A stretch of 64,000 nucleotides of DNA, taken from positions 41,705-105,704 of the forward strand of contig CAZXNH010000007.1 in the NCBI GenBank assembly GCA_964641615.1, given 5' to 3'. The translations under genes were made by a program, and so were the position numbers. The notes under the pieces are model-generated. The model was not told the DNA's origin. It saw only the letters and a program-made list of their open reading frames with translations, and made no database searches. Positions 21,481-31,481 of this stretch are shown piece by piece. The stretch's first letter is position 1. Each line of letters starts with the position of its first letter. The DNA is from an uncultured Ectothiorhodospiraceae bacterium. Its GTDB lineage: Bacteria; Pseudomonadota; Gammaproteobacteria; J044.

Positions 21481-22215
21481 TCAGGATACTTTCTGTTCAC
21501 CTTTTTTGCCAAACTCCACCTCATCCAGAGACAAATGACGTATATCCTTACCTGAAACCATGTAGATGATGTACTCGCAGACATTCTTGGAATGATCACC
21601 AATACGTTCCAGGGAGCGCGTACACCAGATGACATCCAGGGTACGGCGAATATTACGCGGGTCTTCCATCATGTGCGTGATCAGCTGGCGCATGATGGCT
21701 TCATACTCTTCATCAACCGTATCGTCGTACTCAATACAGGTACAGGCCGTTTCAACATCCATGCGCGCAAAGGCATCCAGGGCATCACGCAACATACGGC
21801 GTACACTTTCAGCGAGGTGTCTGAGTTCAACGAAGTGGCCTCTTAAAGAATCACGCTTGGCGTCATTAAGTGTAATGCCCATGCGTGCAATCTTTTCTGC
21901 CTCATCACCAATGCGTTCCAGGTCGGTAATGGTCTTGATGATCATGGTAATAACGCGCAGGTCGCCGGCTGCAGGCTGACGACGTGCCAGGACGCGTGCG
22001 CATTCTTCATCGATGGCCACTTCCATGGCATTGACCTTAAGGTCTTCACTGGAAACCTTTTCAGCCAGATCACTATCACCTTCAATAACCGAAGTGATAG
22101 CATCTGCAATGTTCTTTTCAACAATCCCACCCATGGTCAGGACCTTGTTCCTCAGATCCTCCATTTCCAGGTTGAACTGCTGGGAAATATGTTCGCTGAT
22201 ATCTTCGCGTTCCAT
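21481..22215 (-). CDS. phoU: Phosphate signalling and transport accessory protein PhoU
   Basis: Aligns with E. coli PhoU along its full length. Length is 244 aa. Confidence 0.95.
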   Translation of the reverse strand: MEREDISEHISQQFNLEMEDLRNKVLTMGGIVEKNIADAITSVIEGDSDLAEKVSSEDLKVNAMEVAIDEECARVLARRQPAAGDLRVITMIIKTITDLERIGDEAEKIARMGITLNDAKRDSLRGHFVELRHLAESVRRMLRDALDAFARMDVETACTCIEYDDTVDEEYEAIMRQLITHMMEDPRNIRRTLDVIWCTRSLERIGDHSKNVCEYIIYMVSGKDIRHLSLDEVEFGKKGEQKVS

Positions 22216-22229
22216 CCTGCGGCTCCTCG

Positions 22230-23069
22230 TTAGCCGTAACGGCCTGTGATGTAATCTTCCGTTTTCTTTTGCTTGGGATTGGTGAACAACTGGTTGGTGG
22301 AATCAAACTCGATCAATTCGCCCAGGTACATGAAGGCCGTGTAATCCGAAACACGTGCAGCCTGCTGCATATTATGGGTAACAATCGCAATGGTATAAGT
22401 CGACTTCAGCTCGTAAATCAGTTCTTCGATCTTCAGGGTTGAGATCGGGTCCAGTGCCGAGGCTGGCTCATCAAGCAGCAATACTTCCGGCTGAACCGCG
22501 ATGGCACGGGCAATCACCAGGCGCTGCTGCTGCCCCCCCGAGAGTCCAAACGCGCTGTCTTCCAGGCGATCCTTCACCTCGTCCCAGAGGGCTGCACCCT
22601 TGAGCGCCCATTCAACGACATCATCCAGGGTGCTCTTGTTGTTAATACCCTGGAGACGCAGGCCATAGGCCACATTTTCATACACTGACTTGGGGAACGG
22701 ATTAGGCTTCTGGAAAACCATACCCACATTGCGACGCAGGTCTGCAACATTGACACCCTTGCTGTAGATGTTCTGATCACCCAGCATGATCTTGCCTTCT
22801 ACACGGCAACTATCCACCAGGTCATTCATGCGATTAAAGCAACGCAGCAGGGTCGACTTACCACAACCCGAGGGGCCGATGAAGGCGGTGACACGCTTCT
22901 CGGGGATAACCATGTTGACATTAAACAGGGCCTGTTTATCACCATAAAAGAGATCGACATCCTTGACATCCATCGCAATGGTTTCTTCAGGCAGGTTGCG
23001 TTCTTTCATGTCTCCAAGGACGCTGACATCCAGGCCATGGGAGGGAGTCTGTTCTTCGCCGCTCATCAT
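22230..23069 (-). CDS. pstB: Phosphate ABC transporter ATP-binding protein
   Basis: Walker [10 protein letters not shown], the ABC signature LSGGQQQR and Walker B LLLDEP. An N-terminal extension is present, as in Pseudomonas. Confidence 0.95.
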   Translation of the reverse strand: MMSGEEQTPSHGLDVSVLGDMKERNLPEETIAMDVKDVDLFYGDKQALFNVNMVIPEKRVTAFIGPSGCGKSTLLRCFNRMNDLVDSCRVEGKIMLGDQNIYSKGVNVADLRRNVGMVFQKPNPFPKSVYENVAYGLRLQGINNKSTLDDVVEWALKGAALWDEVKDRLEDSAFGLSGGQQQRLVIARAIAVQPEVLLLDEPASALDPISTLKIEELIYELKSTYTIAIVTHNMQQAARVSDYTAFMYLGELIEFDSTNQLFTNPKQKKTEDYITGRYG

Positions 23070-23088
23070 ATACTTCTCAACTCATTTA

Positions 23089-24750
23089 TCAGTGTTCAAG
23101 GGCACGATACTTTTCGCGCAGATGGTTACGAATGGTAATCGCAGAGATATTCAGCACGATGATTACCAGCACCAGCAGTAAAGCCGTAGCGTAGACCAGT
23201 GGCCGGGCCGCCTCAACGTTAGGACTCTGGAAGCCTACATCATAGATATGGAAGCCCAGGTGCATAAATTTCCTGTCCAGGTGCAGGAAGGGCCAGTTCC
23301 CATCGACAGCCAGCGAAGGGGCCAGCTTGACCACACCGACCAGCATCAGGGGTGCTACCTCGCCTGCCGCACGCGCGACCGCCAGGATCAGGCCGGTCAT
23401 CATGGCGGGACTGGCCATGGGCAGAATCGTACGCCAGAGCGTTTCTGCCTTGGTTGCGCCCAGTGCCAGGCTGCCCTCACGAATTGCAGATGGAATACGC
23501 GCCAGACCTTCCTCGGTTGATACAATGACCACGGGCAGGGTCAGCAGGGCCAGGGTGAGTGAGGCCCACATCAGGCCAGGTGTACCGAAGGTAGGTGCCG
23601 GCAGGGCTTCCGCATACAGGACCTGGTCGATACCGCTACCAATAAAATAGACGAAGAAGCCCAGGCCAAATACGCCATAAACAATCGAGGGCACACCCGC
23701 GAGATTGTTGACGGCAATACGAATCAGTCGAACGAGCACCCCTTCCTTGGCATATTCACGCAGGTAGACCGCAGCAACAATACCCATGGGCGTTACCAGC
23801 ACTGACATGATCAGCACCATGATCACGGTACCGAATATTGCAGGGAAGATACCACCCTCAGTATTGGCCTCACGAGGATCAGTAGACAGGAACTCCCAGA
23901 TCTTGGCGAAATAGAATCCCAGCTTCTGGAAGATATTCATGTCGTTGGGACGATACACGGAAACTATCTTCGAGAGAGGGATTTCCACTACCTGGCCAGT
24001 CTGAACTTCAGCCAGAAGGCTATCTCGACCTTCCTCGTTGTAGATATCAAGCAGTCTCTGCTCAAGAACCTTGTATTCTTCGTCCAGACTCTGACGCTCA
24101 GCTTGAATCTCAGCCATGCGCTCCGGCGTTTTATTGCCTTCAAGTTCCAGACCGCGCTCTTTAAGGCGTAGGCGCTCTAACTTGTAATTGATGCTACCAA
24201 TGTCGGACTTCTGGATTTTCTTGATCTCGTCATGCAGATCATAGGCCCTCTCAAGCAAAGGCTGCAGGGCGTCCCAGGCCGCCTCTCCGCTGGCAATAAC
24301 CTGCCCATCCTGCTTAACGGATTTCAGATAACCATAGAAATTACCATATTCATGGCGCTCTATGACCAGGAGGCCTTCTGGCCTGGTCTGTTTGGCCATA
24401 AATGGTTCAATTATCGTCCTGAAATCAACGCCATAGACATCGCGATTACCGATCTTGAACAGGTAACGATCAACGAATTTTTCCTCCGAGTTGATCTTGA
24501 CCCCGGATTCAGTCAGCTGCAGAACACTGACACTTTCCTTGTCATGTTGTTCACCGATAACCTTCTCGGTTTTGCCCTGCCAGTCATACTGAAACTCGTA
24601 AACAGCGTGAGGCCAGAAGTGGCCAAGGCCACGAACAGCAAGAAGAATCAGCAGGCCAACAACCATGATGATGCTGGCGGCAACGGCTGCCGCATTCATC
24701 ATGACGAAGGGCTCGCCAGACTTGAACCAGAGTTTAATATCAGTCCACAT
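23089..24750 (-). CDS. pstA: Phosphate ABC transporter permease PstA, long form
   Basis: Length 553 aa with a large periplasmic insertion between TM1 and the permease core. The EAA loop is in the C-terminal half. Architecture is Pseudomonas-type. Confidence 0.9.
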   Translation of the reverse strand: MWTDIKLWFKSGEPFVMMNAAAVAASIIMVVGLLILLAVRGLGHFWPHAVYEFQYDWQGKTEKVIGEQHDKESVSVLQLTESGVKINSEEKFVDRYLFKIGNRDVYGVDFRTIIEPFMAKQTRPEGLLVIERHEYGNFYGYLKSVKQDGQVIASGEAAWDALQPLLERAYDLHDEIKKIQKSDIGSINYKLERLRLKERGLELEGNKTPERMAEIQAERQSLDEEYKVLEQRLLDIYNEEGRDSLLAEVQTGQVVEIPLSKIVSVYRPNDMNIFQKLGFYFAKIWEFLSTDPREANTEGGIFPAIFGTVIMVLIMSVLVTPMGIVAAVYLREYAKEGVLVRLIRIAVNNLAGVPSIVYGVFGLGFFVYFIGSGIDQVLYAEALPAPTFGTPGLMWASLTLALLTLPVVIVSTEEGLARIPSAIREGSLALGATKAETLWRTILPMASPAMMTGLILAVARAAGEVAPLMLVGVVKLAPSLAVDGNWPFLHLDRKFMHLGFHIYDVGFQSPNVEAARPLVYATALLLVLVIIVLNISAITIRNHLREKYRALEH

Positions 24751-24758
24751 AGTATTTA

Positions 24759-27038
24759 TTACAGCTGTGCGTATTTCTTGCGCAGACGCTGGCGAATAAG
24801 CTCTGCCAGGGTATTCAGCACAAAAGTGAAAATTAACAACACCAGGCCAGACAGGAATAACAGCCGGAAATGACTACTGCCGACCTCGGCCTCGGGCATC
24901 TCCACCGCGATATTCGCGGCCAGGGTACGCATACCCTCAAAGATATTCATTTCCATGATCGGTGTATTACCGGTCGCCATGAGTACGATCATGGTCTCAC
25001 CCACACCGCGCCCAAGGCCGATCATGATGGCTGAGAAGATACCTGGACTTGCGCTTGGCATGATGACACGTACCAGGGTCTGCCAGGATGTAGCCCCCAG
25101 GGCCAGTGAACCCATGGTCAGGTGCTTGGGTACACCAAAGATAGCGTCTTCAGTGATAGAGAAAATAGTCGGGATTACCGCAAAACCCATGGCAAAACCA
25201 ATAACAATAGAGTTGCGTTGATCATAGGTGATGCCCAGGTCGTCAGTAATGAAACCACGCATGTTGCCACCAAAGAAGGCCTGCTCAATGGGGGCACTAA
25301 TCGCAAAGCTCAACCAGGCCAGGATAGCTACAACAGGTATCAGCAGGGCCGCGTCCCATCCTTCTGGAACTAGCAAACGGACATGCTTTGGCATCTTGTG
25401 CCATGCATACCCAAAGAGCAGTACACCTATCGGTAGCATAAACAGCATTATCGCGACCCCGGGTAGATGTGCCTCCAGGAAGGGGGCCAGCCACAGACCT
25501 GCCAGAAAACCCAGGATAACCGTTGGCAGGGCCTCCATGATCTCGATGGTGGGCTTAACGTACTGACGCATCAGCGGCGCCATGAAATAAGCCGTATAGA
25601 TCGCACCCATAATGGCCAGGGGAACAGCGACCATCATCGCGTAGAAGGCAGCCTTAAAGGTACCGAAGGCCAGGGGCGCGAGACTCAACTTGGGTTCGAA
25701 GTCCTGGTTGGCTGCTGATGACTGCCAGACATAATCAGGCTCGTTCCAGCTTTCGTACCAGACCTCGCCCCAGAGTTGCGACAGGGAAATCTCGGGATGT
25801 TCATTATCCAGGATCCAGAGTCTTAACTTGCCCTGGTCATCCAGCAGCATGATGCGGTTGGAACGTGGGGATATTGCAACTCGCTGTAGACTGGTGGACT
25901 CAACATCCTTGTTCAGGAGGGTGCGATGAGATGTGGAGTAGTGCACACCCAGATTACCGTTATCATCCAGGGTGACAAAGCCCTTACGCTGGCGCTCAGG
26001 GACAATCTGACGTATCGCCGCATCACCGGCTTCAAATGAGCGCACATTGGCAATATAGGTATTCCCTTCTTCGTCCTTTGCGGGGAACCACTGTTCAAGT
26101 TCGCCATCGGAATACCCCACCAGCAGGGAAATACCACCCATTAGCATCTGGGCCTGAGTGATCTTCTGGTCATCGGTGACGGCGTGCCTGCTATCAATCA
26201 AGCTGGGGTCACTGGCATTGGATACGTTATATAGAGAGATGTCTCCATGTGTGCTGGTTACGAACAGCCAGCGTAGATTTCCAGCAACGGCAACAAATTC
26301 GGGGGTACTTTCCATTACCGGTAGCGTACCCAGGCTAGACACCATCTCACCTTCCCCGAAGAGGCTCTCTTCAAGGCTTAGCTGGTTGAACACAACCTTA
26401 TTGTCTTCGGTAATACCGGTGATCAGGAAACTACCTTCCTCATCATTGGCAAGGGCCAGCTTCCTGATCGCCCTACCGGCTTCATCCAGAACTATGGGCG
26501 CCTCACCCAAAGGGAAAATAATGCTGGGTGTAACATAACGCTTGTCATCGGGAAAACTGAGCTTATAGCGCTGCTTAACTACATGAACCCTGCCATCTGA
26601 TGTGCCCAGGGCGATCACATCACTATCGACACGTCCAAATGCATAACTGGTTATCTCGGCCCCATCCAGCTCCAGCTGAAAGCTGTCCCGGATATCACCG
26701 CCAACCATGTCGAAGTAACTAATCAGGCCATTCTGCTGAACCTGTATACCCACTTCCGCATGCTCTTCAGTCCCCAGGTAAACTGTCGGAGAATTCCTGT
26801 CTGTCTGCAGGCTATACTCTGTGAGTGTCTCGACATGCGCTGGCTTGAACAGCGGAATCACCTCGTAGGCGAGGTAAAAGAATATCAGTACGATGGAAAT
26901 AATGACGCTGATTCCGCCAACGGCAATGCCATATCGAGCAACGGAATCCTTTAACATGCGCCAGGCCCGACGGCGAATTGCAATCGGGTCATCCTGCTGC
27001 GGAATCAGGTTCTTCAAGGTTTCAGTTGAATTATCCAT
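24759..27038 (-). CDS. pstC: Phosphate ABC transporter permease PstC, long form
   Basis: Length 759 aa with a large N-terminal periplasmic domain followed by the PstC permease core. It is the first gene of the operon. Confidence 0.9.
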   Translation of the reverse strand: MDNSTETLKNLIPQQDDPIAIRRRAWRMLKDSVARYGIAVGGISVIISIVLIFFYLAYEVIPLFKPAHVETLTEYSLQTDRNSPTVYLGTEEHAEVGIQVQQNGLISYFDMVGGDIRDSFQLELDGAEITSYAFGRVDSDVIALGTSDGRVHVVKQRYKLSFPDDKRYVTPSIIFPLGEAPIVLDEAGRAIRKLALANDEEGSFLITGITEDNKVVFNQLSLEESLFGEGEMVSSLGTLPVMESTPEFVAVAGNLRWLFVTSTHGDISLYNVSNASDPSLIDSRHAVTDDQKITQAQMLMGGISLLVGYSDGELEQWFPAKDEEGNTYIANVRSFEAGDAAIRQIVPERQRKGFVTLDDNGNLGVHYSTSHRTLLNKDVESTSLQRVAISPRSNRIMLLDDQGKLRLWILDNEHPEISLSQLWGEVWYESWNEPDYVWQSSAANQDFEPKLSLAPLAFGTFKAAFYAMMVAVPLAIMGAIYTAYFMAPLMRQYVKPTIEIMEALPTVILGFLAGLWLAPFLEAHLPGVAIMLFMLPIGVLLFGYAWHKMPKHVRLLVPEGWDAALLIPVVAILAWLSFAISAPIEQAFFGGNMRGFITDDLGITYDQRNSIVIGFAMGFAVIPTIFSITEDAIFGVPKHLTMGSLALGATSWQTLVRVIMPSASPGIFSAIMIGLGRGVGETMIVLMATGNTPIMEMNIFEGMRTLAANIAVEMPEAEVGSSHFRLLFLSGLVLLIFTFVLNTLAELIRQRLRKKYAQL

Positions 27039-27058
27039 GGTCGCGAACGTTACGCTCG

Positions 27059-27094
27059 GATTATTACAAGGTTATTACAGTTTTTTACAGACTG
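27059..27094 (-). promoter_or_regulatory. Tandem Pho-box-like repeats (CTGTAAAAAAC / TGTAATAACC / TTGTAATAAT) upstream of pstC
   Basis: Three direct repeats of about 10 bp that resemble the PhoB heptamer CTGTCAT at roughly 10-11 bp periodicity. They lie 20-55 nt upstream of the pstC ATG and are divergent from ppk. Confidence 0.5.
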
Positions 27095-27211
27095 TGGCCC
27101 AATTAACTTATGTCATGTCTTATCGGCTTGATGAAGTGTCATAATTGATTTGACAATTAATGAGTTAGCAGTGTAACGAAGCCGTCATAAACAGGGACTA
27201 AATTGGACGAT

Positions 27212-29284
27212 ATGAGCACAAAAATTGACCTGACCCAACCCGAATATTACATCAACAGGGAGCTAAGTCTGCTCCAGTTCAACAGGCGCGTCCTTGACCT
27301 GGCACAGGATGAGTCGATCCCCCTGCTCGAACGCCTGCGCTTCCTGTGTATTTCCAGCTCCAACCTGGATGAATTCTTCGAGGTCCGCGTGGCCGGCCTC
27401 AAGCAGCAGCTACAGCTGGGCGGGCACGCAGCCGCCGCCGACGGCCTGACGCCCCAGGAACAGTTTGAGCAGGTTCAGGAGGTTGCCCATCAGCTGGTAC
27501 ATGACCAGTACTCGGTTCTGAACCGGGAGCTGATTCCCAGCCTGGCCGAAGAAGGCATCCGTTTCGTACGCCGTACCCACTGGACGCCAGCACAACAACG
27601 CTGGGTGAAAAGCTATTTTACCCGTGAGGTGCTTCCAGTACTCAGCCCCCTGGGTCTGGATCCGGCCCACCCCTTCCCAAGGATTGTTAACAAGAGCCTC
27701 AACTTCATTGTCATGCTCAAGGGAAAGGATGCCTTTGGCCGGGAAAATGGAATTGCCGTGGTCCAGGCCCCACGCTCACTACCCCGGGTGATCCGTATGT
27801 CTGAAGGCGCCAGTGAGGCCCCCTATGACTTTGTATTCCTGTCCTCGATCATCCATGCCCACGTCTCCGAGCTTTTCCCCGGCATGGAAGTGACCGGTTG
27901 CTATCAGTTCCGTGTCACCCGTAACAGCGACCTCTTCGTCGACGAGGAAGAAACCGAGGACCTGCTTCAGGCCCTGGAGGGTGAGCTACCCTCACGTAAC
28001 TATGGCGATGGCGTACGCCTCGAGGTTGCTGATAACTGTACGAATACCGGTTATGACTTTCTGCTCCGCCAGTTCAAGCTGACAGAGAAAGATCTCTATC
28101 AGGTTCATGGCCCGGTCAACCTGCGCCGCCTCATGGCGGTACCTGACCTGGTGGATCGTCCAGACCTGAAATACCCATCATTCACGCCCAGCGTACCTAC
28201 CCAGATCAGTCAGAGTGAAAGTATCTTCGGAGCCCTGAAAAAAGGTGACATCCTGCTACACCACCCTTACCAGTCGTTTAGCCCGGTCGTTGATTTTATC
28301 CGCCAGGCCGCAGAAGACCCGAATGTGCTGGCCATCAAGCAGACCCTTTACCGTACCGGTGAAAAATCCGCCCTGGTTGCATCACTTGCGAAGGCAGCGC
28401 GCGCCGGCAAGGAAGTCACTGTCGTCGTCGAGCTCAAGGCCCGCTTTGATGAAGAGGCCAATATCCAGCTGGCCAATATCCTGCACGAGGCCGGTGCACA
28501 TGTTGTTTATGGCGTGGTGGGTTACAAGACCCATGCAAAACTGACCCTGGTTGTACGCCGTGAAAAGAATCATGTGCGTCGTTACGTACACCTGGGCACC
28601 GGTAACTACCATGCCGGTACTGCCCGCGCCTACACAGACATCGGCCTGATGAGCCATGACAAGGTGCTTGGTGAGGATGTCCACAAGATCTTCCAGCAGC
28701 TGACCGGACTGGGTAAGACGGTCAAGCTGAAGAAAGTGCTGCAGGCCCCGTTTACTATGCACAAGTGCATGCTGGAGAAAATCCAGCGTGAAACCGAGCA
28801 TGCCAAAAATGGCCACAAGGCCCACATCATGGCACGCATGAATTCCCTGATCGAACCCCAGGTGATCCGCGCTCTTTACGAGGCCTCGCAGGCCGGGGTG
28901 AAGATTGAATTACTGGTTCGGGGTATCTGCGCCCTGCGACCCGGCATCCCCGGTGTTTCTGAGAACATCCATGTGCGTTCCGTCATGGGGCGTTTCCTGG
29001 AACATACCCGCGCTGTCTATTTTCTGAATAACGGCGAACCGGAACTCTTTGCCGGCAGTGCTGACTGGATGCCACGCAACTTCTTCCGCCGTGTGGAAAC
29101 CGCCTTCCCGATCGAAGACCCGGAACTGCGTGATCGGGTGGTCAAAGAAACCCTCAGCTATTATTTTGCTGACAACACCAACGCCTGGGTTCTGAAAAAG
29201 GATGGCAGCTATGCACGCGTAAACAGGGGTAGCACCCAACCGCGCACCACGCATAGCCGTCTGCTGGAAGAACTCAGTAGTTAA
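27212..29284 (+). CDS. ppk: Polyphosphate kinase 1
   Basis: N-terminal PPK motif YINRELSxLxFNxRVL, and PLD-like His motifs in the C-terminal half. Length is about 690 aa. Confidence 0.95.
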   Translation: MSTKIDLTQPEYYINRELSLLQFNRRVLDLAQDESIPLLERLRFLCISSSNLDEFFEVRVAGLKQQLQLGGHAAAADGLTPQEQFEQVQEVAHQLVHDQYSVLNRELIPSLAEEGIRFVRRTHWTPAQQRWVKSYFTREVLPVLSPLGLDPAHPFPRIVNKSLNFIVMLKGKDAFGRENGIAVVQAPRSLPRVIRMSEGASEAPYDFVFLSSIIHAHVSELFPGMEVTGCYQFRVTRNSDLFVDEEETEDLLQALEGELPSRNYGDGVRLEVADNCTNTGYDFLLRQFKLTEKDLYQVHGPVNLRRLMAVPDLVDRPDLKYPSFTPSVPTQISQSESIFGALKKGDILLHHPYQSFSPVVDFIRQAAEDPNVLAIKQTLYRTGEKSALVASLAKAARAGKEVTVVVELKARFDEEANIQLANILHEAGAHVVYGVVGYKTHAKLTLVVRREKNHVRRYVHLGTGNYHAGTARAYTDIGLMSHDKVLGEDVHKIFQQLTGLGKTVKLKKVLQAPFTMHKCMLEKIQRETEHAKNGHKAHIMARMNSLIEPQVIRALYEASQAGVKIELLVRGICALRPGIPGVSENIHVRSVMGRFLEHTRAVYFLNNGEPELFAGSADWMPRNFFRRVETAFPIEDPELRDRVVKETLSYYFADNTNAWVLKKDGSYARVNRGSTQPRTTHSRLLEELSS

Positions 29285-29296
29285 GATATGGGTGGT

Positions 29297-30790
29297 CTAG
29301 AATTCGAGATTGAAATCGAAGGTCTGGAGTAGTTTTCTTTCGGATTTGAGATCGGCCTTGGTCAGGCCGTTCTCCTTTAACCAGCCTTCTGCAAACTCCA
29401 GGTAAAGCCCGTTTTCCCTGGCCTCTACACTCAGCAGGGGCAGGTCACGCTCATCCCGATTTCGGTGGAATAGTACGGCGAGCCTTAAAAGAATCGCCAG
29501 CCTGACCATGGTCGTGAATTCAGCAGACTCATACTGCTGGAAGATCTTGACGGGAAATTTCCTACGGTGTGCCCGCACCAGGGTCGCCAGACGCATCTGC
29601 TCCTGCAGTGAAAATCCACCCAGATCTGAATGCTCAAGCATATAGGCGCCATGCTTATGATACTGGTTATGCGCGATGACACGCCCTATCTCATGCAGGC
29701 TGGCTGCCCAGTCCAGCAGGTTGCCATGATCACCATCCAGACTCCATTCATCGGCCACGGCATTAAATAGCTTCATGGCTGTGACGGTTACCCGCTGCGC
29801 CTGCTGCTGGTCGATATGATAGCGACTGGCCAGGGTTTCGATGGTTCTTCCCCGCACATCCTCATCACCACTACGGCCGAGCATGTCGTAGATAATGCCT
29901 TCACGCAGTGCTCCATCTGAGGGCACCATCAGTTCAATCTCAAGGGCCTCAAAGGTGGCCTGAACGATGGCAACACCACCCACGAATACCGGTGCCCTGT
30001 CCTCGCCCAGACCTTTGAGCGAAAGCTTGTCGATATTGCCGATCTCCATCATGGCCTTACGCAATTTGGAAAGGCCCTTAAGTGTGATCCCCTCTGAGCT
30101 CCAGCCCTGTTCACGCAGGACTCGGGATATGGCCAGCAACGTTCCGGAGGCTCCCACAGACTGTTCCCAGCCCATATCGAGATAATCACGCCTGATCGAA
30201 CGCAGTTCCCTGCTTACATGCATGACAGCAGCCTTCCAGTTTTTTTCGTTGATCTCACCATCAGCAAAATACTTCTGTGTCATGCTGACACAACCCATGT
30301 GCAGACTTTCCATCATGATGGGATCAAATTCGGTGCCGATGATGTACTCAGTACTACCACCACCGATATCCATGACCAGGCGCCGCTCGGTACTGGCTGC
30401 CAGGCTATGGGCCACACCCAGGTAGATCAGGCGGGCCTCTTCTCGACCAGCAACAATTTCGATGGGGTGCCCCAGGGCCTGCTGGGCCAGTGGCAGGAAG
30501 TGATGGGAGTTGCGCGCCTTGCGCAGGGTATTGGTGCCAACGGCACGCACGGCCCCACGCGGCAGGCTACTCAGGCGTTCGCCAAAACGAGAAAGACAGG
30601 CCAGCGCCCTTTCCTGGGCCTCTTCGGTGAGGTTGCCATTCTTATCCAGGCCACCACCTAATCTAACCATTTCCTTAATCTTGTCCACGACGTGGATCTG
30701 ACCATTTTCTATTTTCGCGACGATCATGTGAAAGCTGTTGGACCCCAGATCAATCGCGGCAACGGTTTCAGGCAGTTTTCGGAAGAACAT
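29297..30790 (-). CDS. ppx: Exopolyphosphatase (Ppx/GppA family)
   Basis: Begins AAIDLGSNSFHMIVA, the Ppx/GppA ASKHA phosphate-1 motif. It is convergent with ppk across a 12-bp gap. The listed ORF is 24 codons longer. Confidence 0.9.
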   Translation of the reverse strand: MFFRKLPETVAAIDLGSNSFHMIVAKIENGQIHVVDKIKEMVRLGGGLDKNGNLTEEAQERALACLSRFGERLSSLPRGAVRAVGTNTLRKARNSHHFLPLAQQALGHPIEIVAGREEARLIYLGVAHSLAASTERRLVMDIGGGSTEYIIGTEFDPIMMESLHMGCVSMTQKYFADGEINEKNWKAAVMHVSRELRSIRRDYLDMGWEQSVGASGTLLAISRVLREQGWSSEGITLKGLSKLRKAMMEIGNIDKLSLKGLGEDRAPVFVGGVAIVQATFEALEIELMVPSDGALREGIIYDMLGRSGDEDVRGRTIETLASRYHIDQQQAQRVTVTAMKLFNAVADEWSLDGDHGNLLDWAASLHEIGRVIAHNQYHKHGAYMLEHSDLGGFSLQEQMRLATLVRAHRRKFPVKIFQQYESAEFTTMVRLAILLRLAVLFHRNRDERDLPLLSVEARENGLYLEFAEGWLKENGLTKADLKSERKLLQTFDFNLEF

Positions 30791-30885
30791 GACACTCCGT
30801 GGAATGGCTATCGGACATGGAACGCAGTATTGGCCGATTGAGGGGGGTACTGCAAGCGACACAGATCAATTAAGCTGCATACAGA

Positions 30886-30920
30886 CACAAAAAAAGCGGA
30901 AGAAACCTTCCGCTTTTTTT
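30886..30920. terminator. Bidirectional rho-independent terminator downstream of ssb
   Basis: A-run, stem gcggaag/cttccgc, then a T7 run. It terminates ssb on the minus strand and insulates ppx. Confidence 0.75.
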
Positions 30921-30936
30921 GCCATTCAGTCAGGGC

Positions 30937-31410
30937 CTAGAAGGGAATATCGTCACCAAAATCATCCGGTGGATAATCGCCACCAGCAGGTTGAGCTGCC
31001 TGCTGAGGAGCGGGTTTCTGCGCTGGCGCTGAAGACTGCCTGGAAGGCTCAGCGTCATAAGGGGCACTGCCCCCCCTGGAATCGAGCATCTGCAGGTCGT
31101 TAGCAACAATCTCTGTCGTATAACGATCCTGGCCATCCTTGCCCTGCCACTTGCGGGTCTGCAGCCTGCCTTCAATAAAGACCTTGGAACCCTTGCGCAG
31201 ATACTCACCGGCAATCTCACCCAGCTTGCCGAACAGCACAACACGGTGCCATTCGGTGCGCTCCTGGTTCTCACCCGTCTGCTTATCGCGCCAGCTATCC
31301 GTGGTCGCCAGGCTCAGGTTAGTCACAGCACCACCATTGGCGGTGTAACGGGTATCCGGGTCATTGCCCAGGTTACCAATCAGGATGACCTTGTTGACTC
31401 CTCTTGCCAT
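30937..31410 (-). CDS. ssb: Single-stranded DNA-binding protein
   Basis: OB-fold N-terminus [18 protein letters not shown], a Gly/Gln/Pro-rich linker and the acidic tail DDIPF. Confidence 0.95.
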   Translation of the reverse strand: MARGVNKVILIGNLGNDPDTRYTANGGAVTNLSLATTDSWRDKQTGENQERTEWHRVVLFGKLGEIAGEYLRKGSKVFIEGRLQTRKWQGKDGQDRYTTEIVANDLQMLDSRGGSAPYDAEPSRQSSAPAQKPAPQQAAQPAGGDYPPDDFGDDIPF

Positions 31411-31453
31411 GCTTTAACTCCTAATCATTTGTACTTTATCAATCCGGCAACGG

Positions 31454-31469
31454 CTGTTACCTGAACCAG
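31454..31469. promoter_or_regulatory. Candidate LexA (SOS) box CTGTTACCTGAACCAG upstream of ssb
   Basis: Matches the gammaproteobacterial CTGT-N8-xCAG pattern. The E. coli uvrA/ssb box also has an imperfect second half (TCAG). It lies about 45 nt upstream of the ssb ATG. Confidence 0.35.
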
Positions 31470-31481
31470 TGGCACCCCATT

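Noticed and set aside
26957-27038. Alternative pstC start at Met28 (26957), considered because the Pho-box-like repeats leave a very short leader
   Set aside because: Neither candidate start has a Shine-Dalgarno, so it cannot be decided from sequence. I kept the longest ORF and flagged the issue.
30791-30862. Upstream extension of ppx in the ORF track (MSLAVPPSIGQYCVPCPIAIPRSV)
   Set aside because: The conserved Ppx N-terminus begins at MFFRKLPETVAAIDLGSNSFHM, so the extension is probably untranslated leader.
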